A stretch of 64,000 bases of DNA, from IMG/VR virus record IMGVR_UViG_3300045988_162923; one strand, 5' to 3'. Source of the DNA: a virus. This document shows, one piece after another, positions 47,792 to 59,414 of this stretch. The translations under genes and the position numbers were made by a program. Numbering within the stretch: the first letter of the stretch is position 1; every line of letters begins with the position of its first letter. The notes below the pieces were generated by a model. It saw only the letters and a program-made list of their open reading frames with translations, ran no database searches and was not told where the DNA came from.

Positions 47792-47921
47792 GCAGCCTAT
47801 TGATGTGATGATTGTGTGTTATTTATTATGTGCTATTCATTATGTGTATAAATTATTATACTTATTGCGTGCTTGCGCACGTGTTCGCAGTCTTTGAGCA
47901 GCTTGAGATTGTGAGAGTTGC

Positions 47922-48233
47922 TTATTCAATTATGTTCTCGACTTTCTCTGCTAACTCTTCTGGTACATCAAGATCTAGGTCGAGCAGCACCTACATTGCT
48001 ATCTTGTATTTCACTAAGTCTTCGTTAGTTTTACTGATGCCCACATACTGCTATCCATCATTATTAAGAATAGAGAAATAAACTTCATCTCCAATATTCA
48101 ATTTGTATGTATCTCTGATTCCTTTTGGAATAACTACTCGGCCTAATGTATCAATCTTACGTGATACATTCATTGGCATTATTGATAACATTATCATTCT
48201 CCTTCTGGATAGATAGATTAGCTGATAGCACAA
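47922..48233 (-). CDS. AbrB/MazE-like swapped-hairpin DNA-binding protein (IDTLGRVVIPKGIRDTYKLNIGDEVYF), 103 aa, 2 in-frame TAG (recoded)
   Basis: Track ORF 48051..48233 continues through TAG to TAA at 47922. C-terminal acidic tail. Confidence 0.5.
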
Positions 48234-48454
48234 AGCGGGGCATGAGTTTGTATTGATAATGAAAGGTTAAAGATGTAAGGAAAACTCTTTGTGCTTTATT
48301 TGACGGGGGTGTATAAATGAAGCTGTACTTGCTCTGTGAGAATCAAGACAACAGACTGCTAATATTTTCTCAGGACAGAATCAGAGAGAAATACCCCGGG
48401 GTGTATTATGGGAAAAAATTTTTTTATTTTTAATTTTTGAGTATGTGCTGAGCA

Positions 48455-48585
48455 AAACTCTCTCCAAAACATTTTTCAATTCTGGATCACGAAAAACATT
48501 TTTCGATTTCAAATTACGGAAAAACATTTTTCGATTCTAAATCACGAAGATTCTAAATCACAAAAAATATTTACTTATAACAAAA
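48455..48585. repeat. Direct-repeat array: 3-4 copies of ~27-bp AAAAACATTTTTCGATTCTAAATCACG
   Basis: AAAACATTTTTCAATTCTGGATCACG / AAAAACATTTTTCGATTTCAAATTACGG / AAAAACATTTTTCGATTCTAAATCACGAAG / ATTCTAAATCAC. Confidence 0.5.
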
Positions 48586-49149
48586 ATAAGTAGTACTTTC
48601 CCACCAACCAGTATTTACATAACTACTTTTCCAAATACCGCTACCTTGTGTAAATTGAGCCTGATATACTACGTTCAAAGGAACATCAACGTATCCTTCT
48701 AAAGCCAATCGCGCATTTTCATAACATCTATCTTCAATATCAGTAGGATTCGCACGCGCATACCATTCCAAATAAGCGCCCGGTTGAGTAATTACGCCTT
48801 CAATAGTATCTGGAAAATCTTTATCTAACATTCTATTAATAACAATTCGAGCAACTACTTGCTGATGCCAATCAGGGCAACCCTTACTTTCATAATGAAC
48901 AACGTTAGCCAGCATTTTCAATTCCGCATCTGTATAGGGAACCGCATACCGCACTTCACTTACGCCATCATAAATCTCTTGTGCTCTTACAATAATAGGA
49001 TCATCTTCTGAAAGTCCAATAGAACGAGCTAATTCAGCAATTTGATGGGCTTTATCCTTAACATCATCTACATCCTTGCCGACATAAGTAAATCCGCACA
49101 AAGATAAAATTAAGCATAAAGCTAAACAAATAACAATAAATTTTTTCAT
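48571..49149 (-). CDS. SleB/CwlJ-family cell-wall hydrolase with lipoprotein-type signal peptide; candidate lysin
   Basis: MKKFIVICLALCLILSLCGF... plus VARIVINRMLDKDFPDTIEGVITQPGAYLEWY, resembling the Hydrolase_2 signature. Confidence 0.55.
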   Translation of the reverse strand: MKKFIVICLALCLILSLCGFTYVGKDVDDVKDKAHQIAELARSIGLSEDDPIIVRAQEIYDGVSEVRYAVPYTDAELKMLANVVHYESKGCPDWHQQVVARIVINRMLDKDFPDTIEGVITQPGAYLEWYARANPTDIEDRCYENARLALEGYVDVPLNVVYQAQFTQGSGIWKSSYVNTGWWESTTYFCYK

Positions 49150-49543
49150 TTTTCTTTACATCCTTTATCATAAAATTTACATTCTAGCATACATTGTCCA
49201 TCAAAAAAACAAGGTCTACATTTCATTAAAAGAAAAGTCTATAATTCTGTAGGATTACTATAATTATTACAATAATTCCATGCTTTTTCAAAGCCATATT
49301 CTTGTGCTACTCGCACAATTACATATTCATTTTTTAAACAACACCACTTTTTTTTATCTTCATCAGTAAAGTGCTTGCGCTTCTAAGTGCCATCAAAAGT
49401 ATAAGCAATAGTGCCGTCTTCGCGTTCAATGGGAGTAAAAGTAGTCTAAATCTAAAATGGATTTTCTAAATTTAATTTCTTACTTTCATATAAAGTAAAT
49501 TCGCGTTCCCAAAGACTTATTTTCCATTCAAAACCAGTAATCA

Positions 49544-49990
49544 TCATGCCCATCTTGCCTCTAACGCATTCAGAATATCTTTATAAGCATCTTCGCGCTC
49601 TTTATCAATTGGTCGATATACTTTGCGCAATTCTGTATTAAAACAGTTATTTCCAATATCAAGAATGCCGCGATTTTTTGTCGCCCATCCTCCAAGAGCA
49701 AAAGGATAACAATTAATGATATGCTCACCTTCCGGGAAATCAATGATGGTCAAAGTTGATTCAGAGATCATATCAAAAATATCTGGAGTATGCTTATTAC
49801 ACAGATGAACGGTAATGTCATGCGCCAACAGCACATTGAGAAGCGGTGCAAGATATTCATTGTTACGGTAGTCTGTACAAAAACATACTGTGCTACGTGG
49901 AGAGAGCGCTTGGGCAATTCTTGTTAGAGGATCTATCCAATTTTTCTAGTTATCTTCTTTTAGTTTATTTGTCAAATTTGTCACTGTCAT
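49544..49990 (-). CDS. Hypothetical protein (~148 aa) - track ORF 49544..49834 extended upstream through one TAG to the ATG at 49990
   Basis: In-frame continuation MTVTNLTNKLKEDN-Q-KNWIDPLTRIAQALSPRST... Would overlap the upstream gene end by 26 nt. Confidence 0.3.
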
Positions 49991-50198
49991 CTTCATCATT
50001 CCATCCTTCAGGCATTAATATATCTAAAATATAATTAAAAATATTAGTGATAGCAAAAAATGGACCACTAATTAAAAATATTAATAAAACAATAAATTTA
50101 TCATTATTTGATTCTATCTCTTTAATAAAAGGAACATATTCTATAAATTCAAGAGCGGAAATTATTCCCCATAATAAAATTATTATAGTTCCTCCCAA
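49965..50198 (-). CDS. Small membrane protein (77 aa)
   Basis: ORF from the track. Confidence 0.4.
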   Translation of the reverse strand: MGGTIIILLWGIISALEFIEYVPFIKEIESNNDKFIVLLIFLISGPFFAITNIFNYILDILMPEGWNDEDDSDKFDK

Positions 50199-50551
50199 TC
50201 AAAATATCCTCCTTCATATTCATAAACTATACAATTTGGAATGAACGTTAGCATTTCAATACCTGCTAAATCTTCAGGAGGATCTTTTGGTTCATAACTT
50301 GTGAATACAATTAAATTATAATCTTCATATTTTGAAAAATCTGTAATTATACCATCAAAATCAGCGTTAAATACAATACTTAATCCAATAGTACAAGGAT
50401 ATTTATTTATAACTTTACCTAATATTATTTCTTTTTGACTTAATGCGGTATTATTAGAACCATTAGAAAAAATAAATACAGCACAATTTAATCCTTCAAA
50501 AATTACCATAATTATTAAAAAAATAATATTTATAGTACTTAATACTTCCAT
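50183..50551 (-). CDS. Membrane-anchored protein (122 aa)
   Basis: ORF from the track. Last gene of the minus-strand block. Confidence 0.45.
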   Translation of the reverse strand: MEVLSTINIIFLIIMVIFEGLNCAVFIFSNGSNNTALSQKEIILGKVINKYPCTIGLSIVFNADFDGIITDFSKYEDYNLIVFTSYEPKDPPEDLAGIEMLTFIPNCIVYEYEGGYFDWEEL

Positions 50552-50741
50552 ATAATCCTCCTATCTTTTTATTCTATAAATATTATAATAAATTTTTTTA
50601 AAATTGTCAAATTTCTGTAAATGGGCAATTTCTATTAATTTATCTAAAAAAATTTTTAATCTTTTATTTAAAAGATTAAAAATTTTCTTTGACAGAAGAG
50701 AAAATTTGCGATATAATATTTATATAGACTGGAGGTAAAAA

Positions 50742-51806
50742 ATGATAAAGTTAGATTATTCTTTACAAACTCCAGAAGAGAGAAATGAATTAGTCGAAAA
50801 GATTCTTGCTGAGAATTCTGAACCAAGTGAAAAATATTTAGAAATCTTGGCTGACTATTTAGTTCTTTGTATGGAGAAACAAGAGAAAAAGGAAAAAAAA
50901 TTATTAACTGAAAATCGTATGGCTACAGTTAATAAAAGAGAAACTTCTTTTGAAGGTCTTGTCTCTCAACTAGAAAATGGCGAAGATGGAATTTATAATT
51001 TAATTACTGAAAATAAAAATACAATATTTTAGCCAAAAGTTACAATTACAAAAAAAGATGTTGAAGAAATACCTTATTTAAAATAGTTAAAAGAAGCCAT
51101 TTCAGCTTGGGAAGCCAAATTGAAAGTGACAGAAGGTAAAGATGCTTTTATAATTAAAAAAGCATTAATTGAAATGCGGAAAGATTAGTATGTTATTAAA
51201 AATGCTTACCGTAAACCAATTATTCCTAATAAATTAACTCGCTCAAGATGTTTAACTCCTTTAGATGGAGAAGTAAAAATGTTAGATGATGAAGATGGAT
51301 ATGTTTATCCAATTCCAGAAGGAGTAAGTTTATTAGATCCTGTCGTTTGTTCTGCTATTTTATGCAACTATTCTCGATTAAAACAAGATAGTCAAGGCGA
51401 GTATGAAAAAGATTTATGGTATTTAATGGAAGATTTTGATAAATTATGCGACCAAGCCTTGAAAGACTATCCATTATATGACAGAATAGTTGAATATAAA
51501 ATTGATGGATTACAAAATATTGACATTCAAGAGAAAATCCAAATGGAATTTGGTATTAAACATAGTCTTGAGTATATTTCTAGTCTATGGAGAAACAAAA
51601 TTCCAAAATTAATTGCATCTACTGCGGAAGATGAATATTTAAGTTGGTATTATTTAAATGTTGAAAAAGGACATTATAAACGTTGTAGTAGATGTGGTGA
51701 AATAAAATTAGCTCATAATAAATATTTTAGTAAAAATAAAACTAGTAAAGATGGATTTTATAGCATTTGTAAATGTTGTCGAAATTCTAAGGCCAAAAAA
51801 TCATAA
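50742..51806 (+). CDS. Hypothetical protein (354 aa) with C-terminal zinc ribbon (CSRCG...CKCC); 3 in-frame TAG (recoded); first gene of late block
   Basis: Track ORFs 50742..51032 and 51279..51806 are in the same frame and joined by a TAG-containing segment. Possible late regulator or small-terminase candidate. Confidence 0.45.
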
Positions 51807-51850
51807 TCCTTTCTATGAATTACTAATAATCTAATGAAAGGAGAAATTTT

Positions 51851-53026
51851 ATGGCAGAAACTTATTATTGCGAGAAATGTAATCGCACAATGAATGCTTC
51901 TGAATTTTATGGTAGTAATAATTTAGAAAAGTATCCTACCGGTAAATTAAATCAATGTAAAAAATGTATTACAATGCACGTTGATAACTGGAATCCAGAT
52001 ACTTATCTTTGGATTTTACAAGAAGCTGATGTTCCTTATGTTCCTAAAGAATGGCAAAGTCTTATGATGAAATATGCCACTAATCCAAGTGAAGTAACAG
52101 GAACTACTATTTTAGGACGTTATCTTTCTAAAATGAAATTAAAACAATATAAAGATACTCGTTGGAAAGATACTGAACGACTTCAAGAATTAGAAGATGC
52201 TAAATTAGAGCAAACTATGAAACGTCAAGGTTATGACGCAGTTCAGATTATGGAAGCAAAAGAAAAAGGCAGAGTATTTACAATGCCTGATAAGCCCCTT
52301 GAGGAACCTGTATATGAAGATACTACTATAGTTCCGCAAGAAGATTATTTTGCTTAGCAAAACGGTCCAGAAGAAGATTTAGATTTAACTGAAGAAGACC
52401 GTACGTATCTAAGATTAAAATGGGGCAAAACTTATAAACCTGAAGAATGGGTTAAATTAGAATAGTTATATGAAGAAATGATGGCTTCATATGATATTCA
52501 AGGCGCAGGTCACAAAGATACATTAAAATTAATATGTAAGACATCTTTGAAAGCGAATTAGCTGATCGATATTGGTGATATCGAAGGATTCCAAAAGATG
52601 AGCAAAGTTTATGATAGTTTAATGAAATCTGGTAAATTTACTGCTGCTCAAAATAAATCTGAGTCTTCTGGAGAATTTGATTCTATTAGTGAATTAGTTG
52701 AAATGTGTGAACGCGAAGGATTTATTCCTCGCTATTATACTGAAGGTCCTATGGACAAAGTTGATGAAACTTTAAATGATTTAAAGAATTATACTCATAC
52801 ATTAGTCACTGAAGAAATGAATCTTGGTAATCTTATTGAAGCTGCCGTTAAAAATATGGTTGATTAGGAAAACCGTGAAGAAGATGAAGATATTGAAGAT
52901 ATGGATAATTTAGATGAAGAAGTATTAAAAGATGAAGATTTTATAGAACATAATTAGTTCTTAGAAGATGAAAGTGATTTAGATGAAATAATTTATGAAA
53001 ATATGGCGAAAGGAAAAGAAGTCTAA
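51851..53026 (+). CDS. Hypothetical protein (391 aa), N-terminal CxxC..CxxC zinc ribbon and very acidic C-terminus; 6 in-frame TAG (recoded); stop overlaps the terL start
   Basis: Track ORFs 51851..52357 and 52598..52867 are in the same frame. Its position immediately upstream of TerL suggests a small-terminase/packaging role. Confidence 0.4.
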
Positions 53027-54759
53027 TGGCACTTAAAGACTTATTAGATTTAAGTGCCTCTCGCCGTAAAGTTGGTCTTTCAGAAGAGCGATTAAGAGGT
53101 ATTATTCCAGAAGCACGTAAGTATATTGCCTTCTGGAGAGAATATCCTGATTTATTTATTGATTTCATGGCGGGACCGGATGGTGGTCCCCAACACTTTC
53201 ATTTATTCTTTTATTAGAGAATCTTTTTGCGTGCGGCAATGCGACATAAATATATTTATGCCGTATTTCCTCGTGCGTATTCTAAATCATTCTTATCTAT
53301 GATGGTACTTATGTGTCGAGCTATTCTTTATCCTCGTTGTAAATTATTTATTACTTCTGGTGGTAAGGAACAGGCCGCAGGTATCGTTAAAGAAAAAGTA
53401 CAAGAAATTTGTACATTAATTCCAGCATTTAATAAAGAAATTGATTGGCGGCGTGGTCAAACACTTGAAGGTAAGGACTATGTTAAATATGTATTTAAGA
53501 ATGGTTCTTATTTTGATAATATTGCTGCTAGAGAATCTTCTCGTGGTAAACGTCGTCATGGCGGCCTTATTGAGGAATGCGTTGGTGTTGATGGAGATAT
53601 TTTATCTTAGGTTATTATTCCTACGATGAACATTTCTCGTATGTGTATGGATGGCACAACGCATGATGAAGAAACTCTTAATAAATCTTAGATTTATATT
53701 ACTACTGCTGGATATAAAAATACATTCCCTTATGATAAGTTAATTCAGTTACTTGTCTGGGAAATTATTAAACCTTAGCAGTCAATTATAATGGGTGGTA
53801 CTTGGCGTATTCCTGTGTTAATTGGCTTACAATCTAAATCATTTATTCAAGATTTAAAACAAGATGGTACTTTCAATGAAAGTTCTTTTGATCGTGAATA
53901 TGAAAGTAAATGGTCTGGTACTGTTGAAGACGCATTTTTCAATGCGGAAATTTTTGATAGAAACCGCATTTTAAATTAGCCTGAATATGAAGCAAGTGGT
54001 CGTTCTTCTAAATTAGCTTTTTATGTTTTAGCGGCTGATATTGGACGTAAAGGTTGTGATTCTGTTATTTGTGTATTTAAAGTAACTCCGCAATCTCAAG
54101 GCGGCGCCACAAAAAGTCTTGTTAATATTTATACTTTGTCAGATGAACATTTTGAAGATTAGGCTATTAAATTAAAGAAATTATATTATAAATATAATGC
54201 TCGTTAGATTGTAATAGATGGTAATGGTATGGGTATTGGCTTAATTGACTATATGGTTAAATCTTAGACTGATCCTGATACTAATGAAACTTATCCTGAT
54301 TTTGGTGTCTCTAATGACGAAGAAGGATACTACAAAAAATATAAGACCTCTGTTACCGAATTAGATGCTATGTATATTTTAAAAGCGAATGCGCCAATCA
54401 ATACTGAAGCGCATGCTATTGCGCGTTCATAGCTATCTTCTGGAAAAGTAAAATTCCTTATTGATGAACGTATTGCTAAAAATAAATTAATGGCAACTAA
54501 AGTTGGTCAATCTATGAAACCTGAGTAGAGGGCAGAATATTTAAAACCATTTACTTTAACTTCCATATTAAAAGAAGAAATGATGAATTTGCGTGAAGAA
54601 ACTGAAGGAGTAAATATTATCCTGAAGCAGGCAAATCGTGGTATCCGAAAGGATAAATTTTCAGCTTTTGAATATGGATTATATTATTTAAAACTCGAAG
54701 AAGATAAAAAGAAAAAACGTAAGAAATTTAAAGCATCTGATTGGTGCTTTATGAATTAA
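53026..54759 (+). CDS. terL: Terminase large subunit (ATPase + RNase-H-like nuclease domains); ~11 in-frame TAG codons (recoded)
   Basis: Track ORFs 53026.., 53227.., 53791.. are all in one frame. Nuclease-domain motifs LAADIGRKGCDSVICVF and IVIDGNGMGIGLIDY. Followed by the portal gene. Confidence 0.7.
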
Positions 54760-54771
54760 GGAGGGAAGTCT

Positions 54772-55128
54772 ATGCGTGCTTCTAGAGGAGAAATAAAAAT
54801 AGAAGAAATCTTAGAAGAAGCTGGACTTCCTTTTAAAATGGAATATATATTTCCAGATTTAAGAAGTCCAAATGGACGTCCTTTGAGATTTGATTTCGTT
54901 ATATTTGATGATGATGGTAAAATTGATTTTATCATTGAGTATTAGGGCAAGCAACATTATGAAGCAAGTTCTAAATTTGGAGGTAAACGCGGTTTATATC
55001 AATAGCAATATAATGATAATCAAAAGAGACGTTTTTGTGCTTTGCACGATTTTAAATTAATAGAAATTCCATACACTGATGAAAACCTTATTTCTTATGA
55101 TTATATAATGAAACTAGCAGGTTATTAA
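54772..55128 (+). CDS. Freestanding PD-(D/E)XK / DUF559-like endonuclease (LRFDFVIFDDDGKIDFIIEY-Q-GKQHY); 2 in-frame TAG; homing-endonuclease-like insertion between terL and portal
   Basis: Same nuclease-domain family as the C-termini of the Zn-ribbon proteins at 8476-10546 and 22523-23323. Confidence 0.55.
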
Positions 55129-55140
55129 GGAGGTGGAATT

Positions 55141-56826
55141 TTGGATAATCAAACTCAGACCCTAAATCAAGTCCGTGCTGAAGAAATTCATAATAAAGGA
55201 TTTGATATGACTGATTCTTATCGAGAATATAGAACTGCGATTGCTAATGAATATAAAAAAGTTAAGGTTGGTAATAGAAGTCTAAATGATGTTATTTTAG
55301 ATTTAGATTATTACCAAAAAATAAACATTCCGGGTCAAAAAGGTTTTTGTAAAGCAGATATTTATAAAGCAATAGCTGATCATGATTTACCGGAATTGCG
55401 TCGTATATCTAATTTATTTTATAGTGTAAATGGTATATATGAGCGCACTTGTAATTATTTTGCTTTTTTATATAGATATGATTGGTATGTCGCGCCAGAG
55501 ATTCTAGATGATGCAGTCAAAGAGGAAAAGATATTAAAAGATTTTTCAAAGACTCTTAATTATTTAGATAGTAGTTATATTAAGAAAATTTGTGGAGATA
55601 TATCTTTAAAAGTAATTAAGGAAGGTTGTTATTATGGATATATAGTTCCTTCTAATGACCATTTAATTTTACAAGATTTGCCGGTTAACTTCTGCCGTTC
55701 TCGATACAGCGTAGATAATATGCCTGTTATTGAATTTAATATGAAGTTCTTTGATACTTTCCGCGATATTAATTATCGTATGAAGGTATTGAAATTATTC
55801 CCTGATGAATTTGCCAAAGGTTATATGTTATATAAGCAAGGTAAATTAAAATCAGAAGAAATTGTATTAGGCAGAGATTCTACTATTGGATGTTGGTATA
55901 TGTTAGATCCACAGTATTGTGTGAAGTTTAATTTAAATAATGATGATATGCCATTATTTGTTAGTTCTATTCCTGCTATTATGGATTTAGATGCTGCACA
56001 AGAATTAGACCGTAAAAAGCAAATGTAGAAGTTGTTAAAAATCATTGTTCAAAAACTTCCTATGGATAAAAATGGAGATTTAATTTTTGACTCTGATGAA
56101 GCATTAGATATTCACCATAATGCTGTAGAGATGTTGCGTAGATGTATTGGTGTTGATGTTTTAACTACATTTACTGATGTTGATACTATTGATTTAGCAG
56201 ATAGGAATACTACAACAACTACTGATGACTTATCTAAAGTAGAACGTACTGTTTATAATTCTTTAGGTATTTCATAGAATTTGTTTAATACTGATGGTAA
56301 TATGGCATTAGAAAAATCAGTATTAAATGATGAATCATATTTGCGCAATCTTTTATTACAATACAATATTTTCTTTAATAGAATTACTGCTATGCGTAAT
56401 AGCAATAGTCGTAAATATAATTTTAAATTTTATATGCTTGAAACTACACAATATAATTATTAGAATTTAGCAAAATTATATAAAGAACATGTGTAGTTAG
56501 GATACTCTAAAATGCTTCCTCAAATTGCTTTAGGCCATTCTTAGAGTTTCATTCTAAATGCTGCTCATTTTGAGAATGATGTACTACATTTGAGTGAAGT
56601 TATGATACCTCCTCTTATGAGTTCTACTATGGGTAGTGAAGATATTTTGGGCTTAAAAGGTTCAGGAAATAAAACTGAAACTCAAAATAATTCAGGAACA
56701 TAGAAAACAAATGTTACTACAACAACGGCTAAAACATCAAGCGGTTCTGGTACGGCCGGACGACCTGAGAAAGCCGATGATGAAAAGAGTAGTAAAACTA
56801 TTTAGAATAAAGAATCAATGAGTTAA
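55141..56826 (+). CDS. Portal protein (~561 aa); 6 in-frame TAG (recoded)
   Basis: Track ORF 55141..56028 extends in frame through TAGs to TAA at 56824. Size and position (after TerL, before scaffold/capsid) fit a portal. S/T/G-rich C-terminus. Confidence 0.55.
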
Positions 56827-56833
56827 GGAGGAC

Positions 56834-58462
56834 ATGATGAAACATACAAGTATTAAATTAGAAACACCTTGTGAGTTTATAAATATTACTCCTGTTAATC
56901 CTTTAATTTCTAAGTGTTAGATTAAAGTGTGCTATGTCGGAGATACACCTAACCGCAATGGTAGTATTATTACTAAAGAAGTTGCGCGTTAGATGGCTAA
57001 TTCTTTGCCAGGTAGTCCCATTGTTGGTTATTACAATGATGCTACTGGAGATTTTGAAGAGCATAATCGTGTAATTGATATTTCAAATGGTCAATTTAAA
57101 ATCCAAGATACAACTAAGCCTTATGGTTTTGTTGATTTAAGTGCGCGTGCATGGTTTTAGAAATTTAATGATGATGGCATAGAGCATGAATATCTAATGA
57201 CTGAGGGTTATATTTGGACTGGCCAGTATCCTGAGTGCCAGCGCATTATAGACCAAGGTAATAATCAATCCATGGAATTAGATGAAAAAACTTTAAATGC
57301 AACATGGACAAAAGATGATAATGGTAAGCCAAAGTTTTTTATTATAAATGAGGCAATAATCTCTAAGCTTTGTGTTTTGGGAGAAGAATGTGAACCTTGT
57401 TTTGAAGGCTCTCAAATCACAAAATTTAGTCTTACATTCGATGAAGATTTTAAGCAAAAGCTATTCTCCATGATGAATGATTTAAAAGAATTAATTAAAG
57501 AAGGAGGAACCAAAGTGTTTTCAAGATATGCTGTTGAAATTGGCGATAACTTATGGAACTCTTTATGGAATTACACTTTAGAGAAATATCCTGATGCTGA
57601 CAATGCTTATAGTTCAGTATATGCTATCGAAGGTGTATGTGAAGAGGATTCTCAGAAGTTTGCTGTCTTACAGAATCGTGCTGATAATAAGTATTATCGT
57701 TTAAATTTCTCTTTAAATGAAACCGATGGTTTTGTTCCTGCTGATGCTTTAATTGAAGTAACTGAGTCTTATACTCCTGCCGCTGAACCTCAATTTTCTT
57801 TAGAGGCAGTAAAGACTTATGAAACTGAATATGCTTCTAAAAAAAAGGCAGAAGAAGAGGACAAAAATAATAAAGATAATAAGTCTAATTCTGATAATAA
57901 ATCAGAGGGCAAAGATAATGATTCTGATAATCCAGAAGATGGCAAAGACAAAAAGCCAATCGGTAAAAAAGATGATCCTGATGATGGTAAGGGTAATAAC
58001 TCTGACGATGATGGTAACAAAGATGATGAAGATAAGAAAAAGAAGAAAAAGTATTCATTAGAAGATGTTACTGAATATCAAGAACTAAAAACTGAATATG
58101 AAGAATTAAAATCTAAATATGCCGCTTTAGAAACAGAAAAGAATTCTTTAACAGAAGAAATTGAACCTTTAAGAAAGTTCAAACTTGCTTCTGAAAAGAA
58201 AGATAAGGAAGCTATGATTGCTCAATTCTATATGTTATCTGATGACGATAAGAAAGATGTCATTGATAACATTGATAAGTATTCTGTTGATGATATTGAA
58301 GCAAAGCTTTCTGTTATTTGCGTTCGCAACAAGGTAAGTTTCGACCTTGACGAAAATAAAGAAACCAAGCCTACTACTTATAATTTAAATAATGGTGAAG
58401 ATGATGATGAATCTATTCCGGCTTGGGTAAAAGCTGCGTTGAAATATGAAAACGCTAGATAA
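56834..58462 (+). CDS. Head scaffolding protein (possibly with N-terminal prohead-protease-like domain); acidic/Lys-rich repeat region and coiled coil; 3 in-frame TAG
   Basis: RBS AAGGAGG. Track ORF 57197..58462 extended upstream. YQELKTEYEELKSKYAALETEKNSLTEEIEPLRKFKL coiled coil. Confidence 0.5.
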
Positions 58463-58485
58463 ATTTAATAAGGAGGACATACTAA

Positions 58486-59397
58486 ATGTTTAAAGACTTT
58501 TGGACTCGAAATATGGACCCAAAGTATCACAAGTCTCAGGCTAAGTATGTTGAGTTTGGTTACGGTCAGGTCGAACCTAATCACCTGTCAGCACAGAGAA
58601 CCGCTCAAATTTATGCTCAGTTGCCTGCTAAACCAGAGATTGAGATTCTTGAAAACGGTCAATATGTAAAGTATGATTATGCTGCTAATGGCAATGGCAT
58701 TGGCGAAGTTAATTTCACTGGCGCTGGCGAGTGGATGTTAGTATATAATGAAATTAAGTTATATCGTAACCATCTTGATGGTACAAAACAGTGGGATTGC
58801 GAATTCGCAATGCTAAAGGACGATTATCAGGCTCGTGTATATAGCCCATTGGATTGGGAACATCCTGAGCAGGAATATCAGACCAAGTGGCTTAATGGCG
58901 TTGATGCTGATGGTAAGAGTTCTTACACTTGGAAGATGAATGTTGATATCAATCGTGATGGCAAGACTGTTACTATTGATGGTCAGGATTATGATGTTGC
59001 TGATAATAAATTTACTTATAATGGTACTGAATATACTCTTGTTGATGGTAAAGTAACTATTGACTTTGTTCGTACTTTTGATGATGTTACTACTAATGTT
59101 CGCGATATCTATGAAATGAATTGGACTAATGATCCATATCATAAGTTAGGTATTTATCGTGAAAAGCGCATGAATCCAGGTACTGCTATGGTTCCTCGTG
59201 TTTTCAAGACTAATGTTGGTGATATTTATACTACCAATATGATTAATGAAGAAACCTTAGAGATTGGCGATATCCTTTCTCCTGATGCTACTGGTATTTT
59301 AAGTAAGACTGGCGACGCTACTATGAGTTGGCAGGTTGTTAAGCTTTATACCATGCCTGATGGACAAAAAGGCGCTAAGATTATGCGTATTAAGTAA
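58486..59397 (+). CDS. Structural (capsid-associated/decoration?) protein, 303 aa, no TAG
   Basis: RBS AAGGAGG. Strongly biased 'highly expressed' codon usage (GGT/GCT/CGT). Confidence 0.45.
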   Translation: MFKDFWTRNMDPKYHKSQAKYVEFGYGQVEPNHLSAQRTAQIYAQLPAKPEIEILENGQYVKYDYAANGNGIGEVNFTGAGEWMLVYNEIKLYRNHLDGTKQWDCEFAMLKDDYQARVYSPLDWEHPEQEYQTKWLNGVDADGKSSYTWKMNVDINRDGKTVTIDGQDYDVADNKFTYNGTEYTLVDGKVTIDFVRTFDDVTTNVRDIYEMNWTNDPYHKLGIYREKRMNPGTAMVPRVFKTNVGDIYTTNMINEETLEIGDILSPDATGILSKTGDATMSWQVVKLYTMPDGQKGAKIMRIK

Positions 59398-59414
59398 GAA
59401 AGGAGAGAAGAACA

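Noticed and set aside
57817-58061. ORFs overlapping the scaffold gene's repeat region (57817..58020 -, 57819..58061 +)
   Set aside because: They are low-complexity frames of the K/D/E-rich repeat inside the scaffold gene.
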